Assembly: GCA_002269645.1 (NCBI GenBank)
Contig: NIVC01001890.1
Location: 1 to 64,000 of the forward strand
From: Macrostomum lignano
Lineage: Eukaryota
Length of the DNA: 64,000 nucleotides
Direction of reading: 5' to 3'
Shown here: piece by piece, positions 1 through 12,087 of the stretch
Layout: each line of letters opens with the position of its first letter
Numbering within the stretch: position 1 is the stretch's first letter
Translations under genes and position numbers: made by a program
Notes under the pieces: model-generated
Database searches by the model: none
The model's input: the letters and a program-made list of their open reading frames with translations, nothing else
Told to the model about the DNA's origin: nothing

Positions 1-688
1 ATATGGTAGGCCTATATATTCGGTTAAACCTTGGTCATTGAGTGATTGACTTATTGCCTTACTTCTAAATGTTTAGTATGGGTCCTAGTAAAATTATAGG
101 CCTATGAATGCATGGATCGTTATGATTATAAAATGCAACATTCAACATACAACAGCAACACAAATACAAGTGCCTACTGAGATTCAGTTCTATTTTTTTC
201 ACTAGTACATTAAATTTAATTCACAACTAATTCTGCATTCAAGTTTAATCATTGCAAAACAAGAATTATGTAATGTAAATATTGCCATGGAGAACAACAA
301 CAATCACCTTAAAACATCCTAGCAACTGTCGGCGCTCCACACTAAAAATACAGCAGCGAACAATATATTTAAAATGTCCGTAACGTATAACAAAACCATT
401 TCTACTTGAGATGGCGAATAAGTAATAATATAAAAATTTGGCCGTCACACTCTAGCTAAAATCAGAATAAATCTAAATATAAGCTAAATATTATATTTTC
501 GAGTCAAAATACTGTTGTTAAGTAACAATAGCACCTAACATCCAGATTCCAGACGAAAATCCCCAGTCTATGTGCATGCTTGCGCTATATAATCTTCCGC
601 TACAATTGGACGTACATGAAAACGAGCCTCAATCGAACATTGTTCCCTTTTGTCTATGGTTTCCGGCATTCATACTTGCGGTAACAAT

Positions 689-1024
689 TTAATTGTTAAT
701 TGTTGGCTTTTTTCGATTGTTGCCGGATTTCAGACGAATGTATTTGGCTATCAAAGCCTCAGATAATCGTTCAAAAAATCGATCCGGAACACGCTCAAAC
801 TCCTGGCAGAGCCCCTTCTCGTTGAGGAACTGTCGGAACCTTGCCACGTGAAGCTTCCGTTGCGTCTCGGTCGATTTCGGCACTGAGTCACTCTCAAGTC
901 GGCGGTCCAACATTTCCAGATCTTCGCTACCTAGCTCAGGCAGCCCGTTGGAACTGGACGACGCATCCAGGTTGTCCATCTCCAGAACGTAGCGCGTGCT
1001 CGACTCTCGGGTGACAAAAGCCAA
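689..1024 (-). pseudogene. Truncated N-terminal fragment of a Crypton/DUF3504-associated (KCTD1/ZMYM/QRICH1-like) tyrosine-recombinase-family element
   Basis: VPKSTETQRKLHVARFRQFLNEKGLCQEFERVP resembles the helical region preceding DUF3504 in Crypton-derived proteins. Shifting frame at the T-run near 775-780 gives RFLNDYLRL*, then similarity stops. No catalytic domain is visible. Confidence 0.5.
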
Positions 1025-1375
1025 CTCGTCCGTGGAGAGTCCACATATTTCTCCGCAGGAATGTTTGCGTAGCGAGTCATAGCTACTTTTCCTATTTGCA
1101 CTCCGAATAGGAGAATTAATTCAAGCTCAAAATCAACTTGAGAATTAACTCATGGCAGCCAGGCTAGCTGTCTTCACTGTCCTTTAAATTTGCCATAAAC
1201 GATTAATTATCTCTACAACCCTTTCATTTAGAGAGCAACTAAATTTGCCATAGACGATTGATTATCTCTACAAACCTTTCAAAGCGCATTCCGGCAACAA
1301 TCGCATTTCATACTCAGCATCCGCACTATGTCTGGGCCATAGACAAGGGAAGTCAAAAGGGTACAATAATGACAT

Positions 1376-1473
1376 GTACCGATTTTTTTCGGCAGCAATT
1401 GCTCTACTAAGCTTCAGCGCTACGCGGCTTCAGCTTCGCTTACGCAATTGCTGCTGCCGAAAAAAATCGGTAT
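1376..1473. repeat. ~100 bp hairpin / mini inverted-repeat element
   Basis: GTACCGATTTTTTTCGGCAGCAATTGC (1376-1402) is the reverse complement of 1444-1473 apart from a 3-bp indel and one mismatch. The loop contains GCTTCAGC twice and GCTTCGC. Confidence 0.75.
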
Positions 1474-2521
1474 ATATCGTTACATTATTGCTTGCAACTA
1501 CTCAGTACTCAGTCTGCAATTGATATTTGTAATTATGAAACTTAAAAAAAACCGCGCTGTCTCACTATACCATGCATTTTTACTATCGATTAAACCATTT
1601 CATTGTTCTGGGCTCTTCTTGGGTAAAATACAGTGCTGAGAGTGACCATACACAATACTGTAAGTTTACAGGGCATTGCATGCATCTGATCAGCAATTAT
1701 AATAAAGCAGACTAGCTGTATACTTTACGGTCTTCATCATACTTTACGAAAAGCATAAAAAAATTTATGATTATTTTATCATAAAAATGCTAAAAAATGA
1801 AGAGCTGAGTGATTTTCGACCCAAAATCATATATAGATGCATTTTACAACATTTTGGTTGGCTGTCAATTTAAGATGGTATAGATAAACTGGAATTGCCG
1901 TATATGTACGAGTACTTGCACGCATGTAACACAATACCTTGAAATAACACTGTAGCTGCCTATTGGTTGCAACACGAACACTGTAAATAAGGTAAATTTT
2001 AAAGAAAATAGCTAATAATTAATCGCAAAGCGAAGCGGTGTATCAGAGTATCAGACCCAGACCAGACCACTGTGAGTGAGTGAGTACATTAACTATTCAT
2101 ACATTTCTACCAAAACCTAGCGCTCTTGCTCTCTTCTTTCATTCTCTCTCCCTCTTTTCCTAGCTCCCAGCAGTCAATAACTGACAGTGTAAACTTGAGA
2201 TAGCTACACTGTAGCTAAGTCTGTTAATACGCGCGGTTAGAGAATGTACGCAACCAAGCGCCCCAGGTAAAGAATGAGCTGTACAGAAGAGGAGGCACGG
2301 GAGGAGCACAACGGGGAGAAGAGAATCACGATGTGTCAGCGAGCGGACCGTGTATTACTATGTCTATATGTGCATTGCCAAACACTTCTGCAGCCTGCCA
2401 CTATACTTAAGCAGAACTCTGAGAGCTATTTCACTCGTAATTGTATCAATATGTCTAGAAATCATTATAACTAAATAGGCCAGCACAACAGAAGAAAAGA
2501 ACAACACTCATCATCAACACA

Positions 2522-4218
2522 ATGACAAGTTGTAACAGCTCCGAGGTCACTAGCTTAGCCTCAACATCGGCAAGAACTGCGACTGGAGCTATACAGGACT
2601 CAGCAAGCAGCTACACTCATACTACAAATAGTAACTGCAGGACCTCGCCACGACAAAGGCAATCATTATACGCGCCCCTGCAGCCAGAAGATGCTGACAA
2701 TCCTTCGACTGTGGTGTCCAAAGCTAGACAGTTGATAGCGGAACTGCAGGACCTGTTGAACTCGCCGACAACAGCAGCACCAGTAGGAGCATCTGCGGCG
2801 AAATCGTCGAAGACAAACTCAAACGGAAACCGACTGCAGACGGATGAAGTCAACAATATCGAAATCACGAACAGTGCTCGCAGTTTTAATGACGCCAGCT
2901 CATCAACAAGGTAAGATATTCAATGCTGTACTTGTGCGAAGTATGCAGACAATAATTGTGACAAGATCTCACTCTCACAAGCGGGGCTTGTGTGTCCAGG
3001 ATTATATGCTCAAGAGTCAGCGAAATGGGCAGAAGTGCCTCATAACTGGCTATGGGACGCTCTGGCTTTGCGCTATAGGTTGCCTAACTACGAGTAGTAT
3101 AGCCTGATTCGCACATTGTCAATGAGGGTGGTTCAGAAAGAATTGGTCTACAACTAAAATTTAGGTGGGAAAAAGCCTGTAACTACTCTCTGTCTCTCTG
3201 TATCAACTGAAGCAACATTCTTGATCCGAATTCAACCATCCAGCAATAGGTCAGCCAGCACGCAGAGACTGACAGCACATTCAGAGCCGCAGCAGCCGCA
3301 GGAGCCGCCCCTTGAGCTGCAGGCGTGTAACGGCCTATGCGTTGTGTTTGCCAACTATGCCAGCCTTTTGCCCGCATCGACCGCCGCTCTGAACAGCAAC
3401 TCAAACTGTCCAACGCCTGCCAATGGTACAACAACAAGCGGTACACAACCAACTGCTGAAGCTGACCCTGCCTCTGATGAAGAAGCCGATATGGATGCTG
3501 CCGCAGCGGACGGCGGCAGTCCGCGCCAGCTGCTGGCCCGAGCCAATCAGATTCGTGACGCGGCAGCGGCAATCGGCCGCCTGTTCAACAGCCGGCTGGA
3601 GTTCACCGTGTTTATCCACTGGAACAAGTCGCGCAGAGAGACGCTACGGCTGCTGCGGCAGACGGCCTCGGCGATGTCTGAAAGTGGACGCGACTGCTGC
3701 TTCGTGTTCTGCCTGGGCCGCGCGGTCGAGAACACTTCGAAGCGGCCAGTGGCGGCAGCGTGACCCTGACGGACATTCTAGCAACTCTGGCTGTTGGTCA
3801 GCGAGGCCGCCTACCTCCAGTGTTTGTTGTCGGAGAGCTCACGCCAGTAACGACTACAGCATACAGTGCAGCAGCATCTGTAGAAACGCCGCGCCTAAGC
3901 ATACCTAGCAACCATCTGTTGCTATGGTCGTTAGGCGCTCCAGAGATGACCGACCTGTTGGTTGAGCAGCTCACTAAAACTCATAGCGGCTCAAATTTAG
4001 GCAAAGATGTCGCTTCCACCGTAGCCGGCATTGCCGAATGGATTCGTCGACGTCGGAATGGAACGTCGTCGGCGAAGGGCGTCGGCGGAGATCGAGCAGT
4101 TTTATGCGGTAGAAACAGCGAAGATGGAGTCGGTAATAGACCAAGGCAGCAGTGCTGCTGCAGATTTATGAACAAACTAGACAGATTAGTGTACCTGGCA
4201 TCGCCTGACTGCATTTGA
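2522..4218 (+). CDS. Catalytically dead caspase-like (pseudocaspase) protein, 2 exons, one -1 frameshift near 3718-3722
   Basis: Exon 1 2522-2910 (donor GTAAGA at 2911); exon 2 3250-4218 (AATAG acceptor), phase 2 joins correctly. Caspase motifs in order: GLCVVFANY, RLFNSRLEFTVFIHWNKSRRETLRLLRQ, DCCFVFCLG, VTLTDIL, LPPVFVVGELT, IPSNHLLLWSL, CRFMNKLDRLVYL. ~452 aa if the frameshift is repaired. Confidence 0.65.
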
Positions 4219-4314
4219 GTTGATCCCGTCCGCTGCAGTGTGTACTGCCTCTCTGTAACTCTCTCCATTCGCTTTGGGTTTGGGTTGTTAAATTGCTCTG
4301 GGAGAGGAGCGCTA

Positions 4315-4805
4315 CACTGTGAGCTGTCCTTGGGGGTGATGTTCAGGTGGGGTAATGTTCAGGTGGGGTGCTGTCCATGTGGGGTGCTGTCCATATGGGG
4401 TGCTGTCCATATGGGGTATGGGGTGCTGTCCATATGGGTGCTGTCCATGTGGGGTGCTGTCCATTTGGGGTGATGTCCATGTGGGGTGCTGTCCATATGG
4501 GGTGCTGTCCATGTGGGGTGATGTCCATGTGGGATGCTGTCCATTTGGGGTGATTTCCATGTGGGAAGCTGTCCATATGTGAAGCTATCAATATGGGGTG
4601 TTGTCCATGTGGGGTGCTGTCCATATGGGAAGCTGTCCATATGTGAAGCTATCAATATGGGGTGTTGTCCATGTGGGGTGCTGATCCCACATGTGGGGTG
4701 GTGTCCATACGTATAAGGTGCTGTCCATATGGGTTGCTGTCCATATGGGGTGCTGTCCATGTGGGGTGATGTCCTCGGGGTGCTGTCCTTGGGGTGATGT
4801 CCTCA
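4315..4805. repeat. Minisatellite, 16-bp unit GGGGTGCTGTCCAT(A/G)T
   Basis: Direct tandem copies; explains the HMDSTP/WGAVH pseudo-ORFs. Confidence 0.95.
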
Positions 4806-5247
4806 GGGACTCCTCCAAAACATTAATTACAAAAAACCTGCTTAAAACAATGTTATAGCTAAGGTATGCTTTTAACCCAGTTAAATAGTGGCTTTTTTGT
4901 TTAAGCACGATTAAACAAGCGAAATAAACATTCAGTTATTGAATAACTAAACTATTAAATATTATTTATTGATGATAATGATAACTATGCTGTTGCATAC
5001 AATTGTTTATTATTGCCAAAACAAGGTGACCTGCTGTCTAACTTTCTAAAAATTATAGAAATTATTATCAGCCTCTGCTTCATAAATTTTGCAAGATTGC
5101 TATAAATCAATTTAAAAAATGGCAAAAAATCAACTTTAAAATGAAAAAATTATAACAAATTATAAATTGGCTAGGGCTAAATCTATCGAACTGACTTGAC
5201 TCTCGTTCGTTTCAAAAAGTTCCCAATCCCTGAATATCCCGATCCAA

Positions 5248-5785
5248 AAGTGTCACATTTCCCATAACGTCACATTCCTTATAACTTCACATTCCCCACA
5301 ATGTCACATTCCCCACAATGTCACATTTCCCATAACGTCACATTCCTTATAACTTTACATTCCCCACAATGTCACATTGCATCCAAATGTCACATTCCAT
5401 CCAAATGTCATATTCCACCAAAATGTCACATTCCATCCAAATGTCACATTCCACCAAAATGTCACATTCCATCCAAATGTCACATTCCACCAAAATGTCA
5501 CATTCCCCCAAAATGTCACATTCCACCAAAATGTCACATTCCACCAAAATGTCACATTCCATCCAAATGTCACATTCCACCAAAATGTCACATTCCATCC
5601 AAATGTCACATTCCACCAAAATGTCACATTCCCCCAAAATGTCACATTCCACCAAAATGTCACATTCCATCCAAATGTCACATTCCACCAAAATGTCACA
5701 TTCCACCAAAATGTCACATTCCACCAAAATGTCACATTCCACCAAAATGTCACATTCCACCAAAATGTCACATTCCCCCAAATGT
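5248..5785. repeat. Minisatellite, 18-bp unit AATGTCACATTCCACCAA
   Basis: Direct tandem copies ending ~20 bp from the HAO1 stop codon; source of the KCHIPP/NVTFH pseudo-ORFs. Confidence 0.95.
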
Positions 5786-5806
5786 CTAGGGAAGAGAGGC
5801 GGTTGC

Positions 5807-8108
5807 TCACAGCTTGCTCTTCATCCTGCGCCTGTGCACCACCAGTTCCGGTCGAACAGTCCGCGCGCAGGTCTCGCCGCTGAGCGCCATGGCCAAGTCG
5901 AGCTCCTTGATCGCAATGTCCAGCACGCGACGGACGCCTGACCGGCCGCTGTGGGACAGGCCCCACAGCACCGGCCTGCCAAGGAACACCGCTCTGGCGC
6001 CGAGTGCCAGCGCTTTCAAAACGTCCGTACCTGTCCGAATGCCGCCGTCCAGATAGATCTCGGCTCGGCCGGACACGGCGGACACAATAGCCGGCAGCGT
6101 GTCGATGCTGGCCGGGACAGTGTCCAATTGGCGGGCGCCGTGGTTCGACACCCAGATTGCTGAGGCGCCGGAGTCGAGCGCTAATTGGGCGTCCTCCGGA
6201 CGGACGATGCCTTTTACTATCACCTGGGGGGCGAGGTCGATAAAAGGTCATTACGGACAGAAATTTCCCAAACCCGAAATTTCACAAACCCAAAACTCCA
6301 CAAATCTGAAATTTTACAAACCTGAAATTTCAAAAACCGAAATTTCACAAACCTGAAATTTTACAATCCCGAAATTTTACAAACCCGAAATTTCAAAAAC
6401 TCGAAATTAAAAAAACCGAAATTTCAAAAGCCCGAAATTTCAAAAGCCGGAAATTTCACAAACCCGAAATTTCACAAACCTGAAATTTTACAAACCCGAA
6501 ATTTCAAAACCCAAAATTTCAAAACCCAAAATTTCACAAACCTGAAATTTTACAATCCCAAAATTTTACAAACCTGAAATTTCAAAAACTCGAAATTTGA
6601 AAAAAACCCGAAATTTAAAAAACCCGAAATTTCAAAAATCCAAAATTTTAACTACCCGAAATTTCAAAAATTCGAGAGTTCACAAACATGAAATTCCACA
6701 AATTTTCAAATTTAAGAGAATTTTATACTTTTCGAGGGTAATCGGGCACCTTAAGATGTGTGTTTTGTGCGGCTAGATTTGTTATTTTGTAAATTTTAAC
6801 AAAAGCAATTTTAGATAATAATTGAAATAAAGAAGCAACACGACGAATATTTGTGTATGCCAAAGCAGAAATAATTATAGCTAAATTATCTGCATATACT
6901 TGAAGTATCTTACTTTCATACACGCAAGGCGCTTATTGTAAAATGTGTAACAAAATTTAATTCTTTTATTTTCTTGACTTTACATGATACGTTAACGCTT
7001 AGCCCCAGCTACATACCATGTACCAGACCATAAGGTAAACATTCGAGTGAATGTTCGGGTTTGTGAAATTTCGGGTTTGTGAAATTTCGGGTTTGTGAAA
7101 TTTCGGGTTTGTAAAATTTCGGGTTTGTGAAATTTCGGGTTTGTGATATTTCGAATTTTTGTAATTTCGGGTTTTTGAAATTTCGGGTTTTTGAAATTTC
7201 GGGTTTTTGAAATTTCGGGTTTTTGAAATTTCGGGTTTTTGAAATTTCGAATTTTTGTAATTTCGGGTTTTTGAAAGTTCGGGTTTGTTAAGTCTCATAT
7301 GCTACCAGTGCGAGATTCGGTGCTGTAAAATTTCGGATTTATAAGAATTTTGGGTTTAGGGAAATTTCCGATTTGAAAAAAAAATTTCGGACTTGGGAAA
7401 TTTTCGGTTTGGAAACTTTGAGTTCGGGAAATTTCGGGTTTAGGGAAATTGCGGGATTTTAACATTTCGGGATGAGGGCCAACCCCCAAGGCACGGAGGG
7501 TGTACATGTCTGGAAATTAGAAATCTATGGCTACTGAACACCCTGTGCAAGCGTGTGTACGACTGCTCAGGAGTCAGAATTGCCTCAGCGCACTGGTTGC
7601 GGGCACCTTAACGATTCGCGTTGCTCCATGCCAGGTGCCCGAGGCTACAGTCCTCCTGCCTCTCTTGACGCAAAAAACTCACCGGCAGCTTAGAAATCTC
7701 AGTCAGCCATTTAACGTCAGCCCAGCTCAGGTTGGTATCGAACAGCTGGCTTGAGTAGCGGGTCAGAGCCGACACACCGTCGCTGCCACCGTCGCTGCCG
7801 CCCATGCCTTCAGCCTCTTTGCCTCCTTCCGCTTCAAAATTGGCCATCTTGAGATGTCCCGGCAGCCCGAAGCCGTTCCTCGCGTCCGCGTATCTCTGAC
7901 CGAATATCGGAGTGTCCACCGTCAGCACCAGTGCTTTGTAGCCCGCCTGTTCCACTCGCGACACCATGCGCTTAGTCAGCTCACGGTCTTTGTACACGTA
8001 CAGCTGGAACCAGCGCAGACCGCTGGGACCGTTGGCTTGGGCGATCTGGTCAATGCGCGAGGGTTGGGTATGTGGAAGGGCAATGTTCACTGACAACAAG
8101 ATACTATA

Positions 8109-8142
<34 letters not shown>

Positions 8143-8144
8143 TC

Positions 8145-8177
<33 letters not shown>

Positions 8178-8705
8178 GGCAGACAGACAGACAGACAGTC
8201 AGACAGACAGACAGACAGACAGGCAGACAGACAGACAGACAGACAGTCAGACAGACAGACAGACAGACAGACAGGCAGACAGACAGACAGGCAGACAGAC
8301 AGGCAGACAGACAGACAGACAGACATGTCACACGCATCTTACACTCTCCAGGCTGCAAGTGGCGATGGTGCTGACAGTGAGGCACACCCCAGCCTCCGCG
8401 GCAGCCTCTGCCGTATCCAGCTCGCCTCTATCACTAGCCAGCCTCTGCATCGCAGTCGGCGCAACTCCAATCGGCGCAAAAACCGGTTGCCCTAGCAACG
8501 TAGTTGCCACGCTCCTGTTAGCAACGCCAACCAGCATTCGCGGCATCAGTAGCCAGTCTTGAAATGCGTTAACATTGTCGCGTAAAGTTCGTTCGCAGTT
8601 GGCGCCGCTGCGGTAATAATCGAGAGTCTTGCGTGGCAGGGTTGCCAGGGCCCAGCGCTCGAAATCGTCAAGGCAGACGAGCTGCTGCTGGGACTGATTG
8701 GCCAT
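5807..8705 (-). CDS. HAO1: Hydroxyacid oxidase 1 / glycolate oxidase (FMN-dependent alpha-hydroxyacid oxidase), 3 exons, 380 aa, peroxisomal
   Basis: Exons 8343-8705, 7683-8045, 5807-6223, all phase 0 GT-AG. Motifs [85 protein letters not shown]-terminal SKL (PTS1). Confidence 0.95.
6255..7475. mobile_element. Foldback-type structure in HAO1 intron 2: two inverted arms of tandem ~18-19 bp AAACCCGAAATTTC units around an AT-rich core
   Basis: Left arm ~6255-6715 repeats AAACCCGAAATTTCACAA; right arm ~7035-7475 repeats TTGTGAAATTTCGGGTTT (the reverse complement). Exact termini and TSD not resolved. Confidence 0.7.
8105..8325. repeat. (CAGA)n microsatellite in HAO1 intron 1
   Basis: Direct reading. 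Confidence 0.97.
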
Positions 8706-8789
8706 TTGGTATACAAGTAGACGTACATGTAGATGAAAAAATAGGATAGGACAGTGTTGAATACTGAATTCCGTTGAGTTCGAGTTCCC

Positions 8790-9200
8790 TAACTGGGATT
8801 TCTCTAGGTGGGATTTCACTGTGTGAGATTTCAATAGGTGAGATTTTACTGTGTGGGATTTCATTAGGTGAGATTTTACTGTGTGGGATTTCAATAGGTG
8901 GGATTTTACTGTGTGGGATTTCATTAGGTGGGATTTCACTGTGTGGGATTTCAACAGGTGGGATTTTACTGTGTGGGATTTCAATAGGTGGGATTTTACT
9001 GTGTGGGATTTCATTAGGTGGGATTTCAACAGGTGGGATTCCAACGAGTGGGATTTCACTGTGAGGGATTTCATTAGGTGGGATTTCACTGAGTGAGATT
9101 TCAACAGGTGGGATTTCACTGTGTGGGATTTCAATAGGTGGGATTTTACTGTGTGGGATTTCACTAGCTAGATGGGATTTTTTAATAGGTGGGATTTCAT
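8790..9200. repeat. Minisatellite, 15/30-bp unit GGGATTTTACTGTGT/GGGATTTCAATAGGT, just upstream of HAO1
   Basis: Direct tandem copies; source of the KSHTVKSHLL pseudo-ORF. Confidence 0.93.
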
Positions 9201-9984
9201 TGCATCCCCAGAGTGTGCACTGCACAATAACCCAAAGCCTTTTTTCAAAACTAACTTCTCAAAGATTATTTTTGGCCGCCTGTCTGCCAGTAAATAACAA
9301 AGTTTGTCAATAAATTTAGTTTTCCCAACAACTGAACTTGAGGAACTGTTAAATTACAGTTTGATGGAAAAACTGGGTTTTATCGCACTACAAGACAAAA
9401 TGATGATAGTTTTATTAATACAACTTTAAAATGAGAATTAAGCAACTAGCAAAGGTGTCGGATATGAATTGAATTAAATTAGTTTATATTTACCTTATCA
9501 GGATTATCACAGTAGAAAGTGAAGTATTCCTCATGCAGCGAGAGTTCAGTAAATACCATTTAACTGCAGATTTATAATTTAGTTTAATTTGGCCGATATG
9601 TATCGAAAACAACTTCATAAAATGAATTCAATCTTTTAATAAACAGCAGTTTGAATTTTCTGATTTATATAAATTGATGAAAAAACGTTGCATAAACAAG
9701 GATATTTATTTGATTGAATAGAACGTTTATTAAAATTTTAATAGAGTTAGACAGCACACTAGAGAACTTTATGTACAAACATATATCGTTTTTTGTTTCT
9801 GTTAGGCTAGAAGCAGAAAAAATAATAGCAAAACGCATGGCACACAATGTTTGATTTTTATAACCAAACTTTAAAATATAAAGAAAATATAATATATAAC
9901 TAAGGCAGCTCTAGTAGATCTTTTCGCCTGGATATTCTTTAAAGTGATTAACAAAGTAAATAAAAAATTGAAACCCGAACCAAA

Positions 9985-11905
9985 TCGAGACGGGGTTGAG
10001 GAGTTGGTCGGATAGAGAGAGAATGTACATTGGCGGAGACGGGTGAGGAATTGGTCGGAAAAAAGAGCATGTAAATTGTTGGAGACGGGGTTGAGCAGTT
10101 GGTCGGATAGAGAGAGCATGTACATTGTTGGAGACGGGGTGGGGAATTGGTCGGATAGAGAGAGAATGTACATTGTTGGAGACGGGGTGAGGAATTGGTC
10201 GGATAGAGAGAGAATGTACATTGGCGGATACGGGATGAGGAATTGGTCGGATAGAGAGAGCATGTACATTGTTGGAGACGGGGTGAGGAATTGGTCGGAT
10301 AGAGAGAGAATGTACATTGTTGGAGACGGGGTGAGGAATTGGTCGGATAGAGAGAGAATGTACATTGGCGGAGACGGGATGAGGAATTGGTCGGATAGAG
10401 AGAGAATGTACATTGTTGGAGACGGGGTGAGGAATTGGTCGGATAGAGAGAGAATGTACATTGGCGGATACGGGATGAGGAATTGGTCGGATAGAGAGAG
10501 AATGTACATTGTTGGAGACGGGGTGAGGAATTGGTCGGATAGAGAGAGAATGTACATTGTTGGAGACGGGGTGAGGAATTGGTCGGATAGAGAGAGAATG
10601 TACATTGGCGGAGACGGGATGAGGAATTGGTCGGATAGAGAGAGAATGTACATTGTTGGAGACGGGGTGAGGAATTGGTCGGATAGAGAGAGAATGTACA
10701 TTGGCGGAGACGGGATGAGGAATTGGTCGGATAGAGAGAGAATGTACATTGTTGGAGACGGGGTGAGGAATTGGTCGGATAGAGAGAGAATGTACATTGG
10801 CGGAGACGGGGTGAGGAATTGGTCGGATAGAGAGAGAATGTACATTGTTGGAGACGGGGTGAGGAATTGGTCGGATAGAGAGAGAATGTACATTGGCGGA
10901 GACGGGATGAGGAATTGGTCGGATAGAGAGAGAATGTACATTGGCGGAGACGGGATGAGGAATTGGTCGGATAGAGAGAGAATGTACATTGGCGGAGACG
11001 GGGTGAGGAATTGGTCGGATAGAGAGAGAATGTACATTGTTGGAGACGGGGTGAGGAATTGGTCGGATAGAGAGAGAATGTACATTGGCGGATACGGGAT
11101 GAGGAATTGGTCAGATAGAGAGAGAATGTACATTGTTGGAGACGGGGTGAGGAATTGGTCGGATAGAGAGAGAATGTACATTGGCGGAGACGGGGTGAGG
11201 AATTGGTCGGATAGAGAGAGAATGTACATTGTTGGAGACGGGGTGAGGAATTGGTCGGATAGAGAGAGAATGTACATTGGCGGAGACGGGATGAGGAATT
11301 GGTCGGATAGAGAGAGAATGTACATTGTTGGAGACGGGGTGAGGAATTGGTCGGATAGAGAGAGAATGTACATTGGCGGAGACGGGGTGAGGAATTGGTC
11401 GGATAGAGAGAGAATGTACATTGTTGGAGACGGGGTGAGGAATTGGTCGGATAGAGAGAGAATGTACATTGTTGGAGACGGGGTGAGGAATTGGTCGGAT
11501 AGAGAGAGAATGTACATTGGCGGAGACGGGATGAGGAATTGGTCGGATAGAGAGAGAATGTACATTGGTAGAGACGGGGTGAGGAATTGGTCGGAAAGAG
11601 AGAGAGAGAATGTACATTGGCGGAGACGGGTGAGGAGTTGGTTGGATAGAGAGAGAATGTACATTGTTGGAGACGGGGTTGAGGAGTTAGTCGGATAGAG
11701 AGAGAATGTACATTGTTGGAGACGGGGTTGAGGAGTTAGTCGGATAGAGAGAGAATGTACATTGTTGGAGACGGGTGAGGAGTTGGTCAAATAGAGAGAG
11801 AATGTACATTGTTGGAGACGGTGCGAGGAATTGGTCGGAAAGAGAGAGAATGTACATTGGCGGAGACGGGTGAGGAGTTGGTCGGATAGAGAGCGAGAGA
11901 GAGAG
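9985..11905. repeat. Homogeneous 48-bp minisatellite (~40 copies) GAGGAATTGGTCGGATAGAGAGAGAATGTACATTGTTGGAGACGGGGT
   Basis: Head-to-tail copies with no spacers; two main variants (ATTGTTGG / ATTGGCGG). The 681- and 551-aa ORFs are artefacts. Confidence 0.97.
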
Positions 11906-12087
11906 ATAATGCTCAAAGACTGTGAAGTGAAAAATTTGAGCTAATCGTAAAAAATAGTTGAGATCGTAAACTAAAAACTGGATATATTAAACACATACAA
12001 CTGCACCCAAAGCATAGCGTATTCAACTTTTCTAAATCAACAAAGTAGTTAATGGTCAGACAGAGTAGCTCAATCAATAAAAGTGAA

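Noticed and set aside
1186-1281. 41-bp direct duplication (1186-1226, 1241-1281)
   Set aside because: Two diverged copies only; an ordinary local duplication with no further structure.
4240-5941. Cys/His/Trp-rich repetitive ORFs (KCHIPP, HMDSTP) as metal-binding proteins
   Set aside because: All lie within 16- and 18-bp minisatellites and appear in several frames on both strands.
9871-11916. 681-aa and 551-aa ORFs; possible CRISPR-like array
   Set aside because: Pure 48-bp tandem repeat with no unique spacers and no cas genes; the ORFs arise because the unit is a multiple of 3 with stop-free frames.
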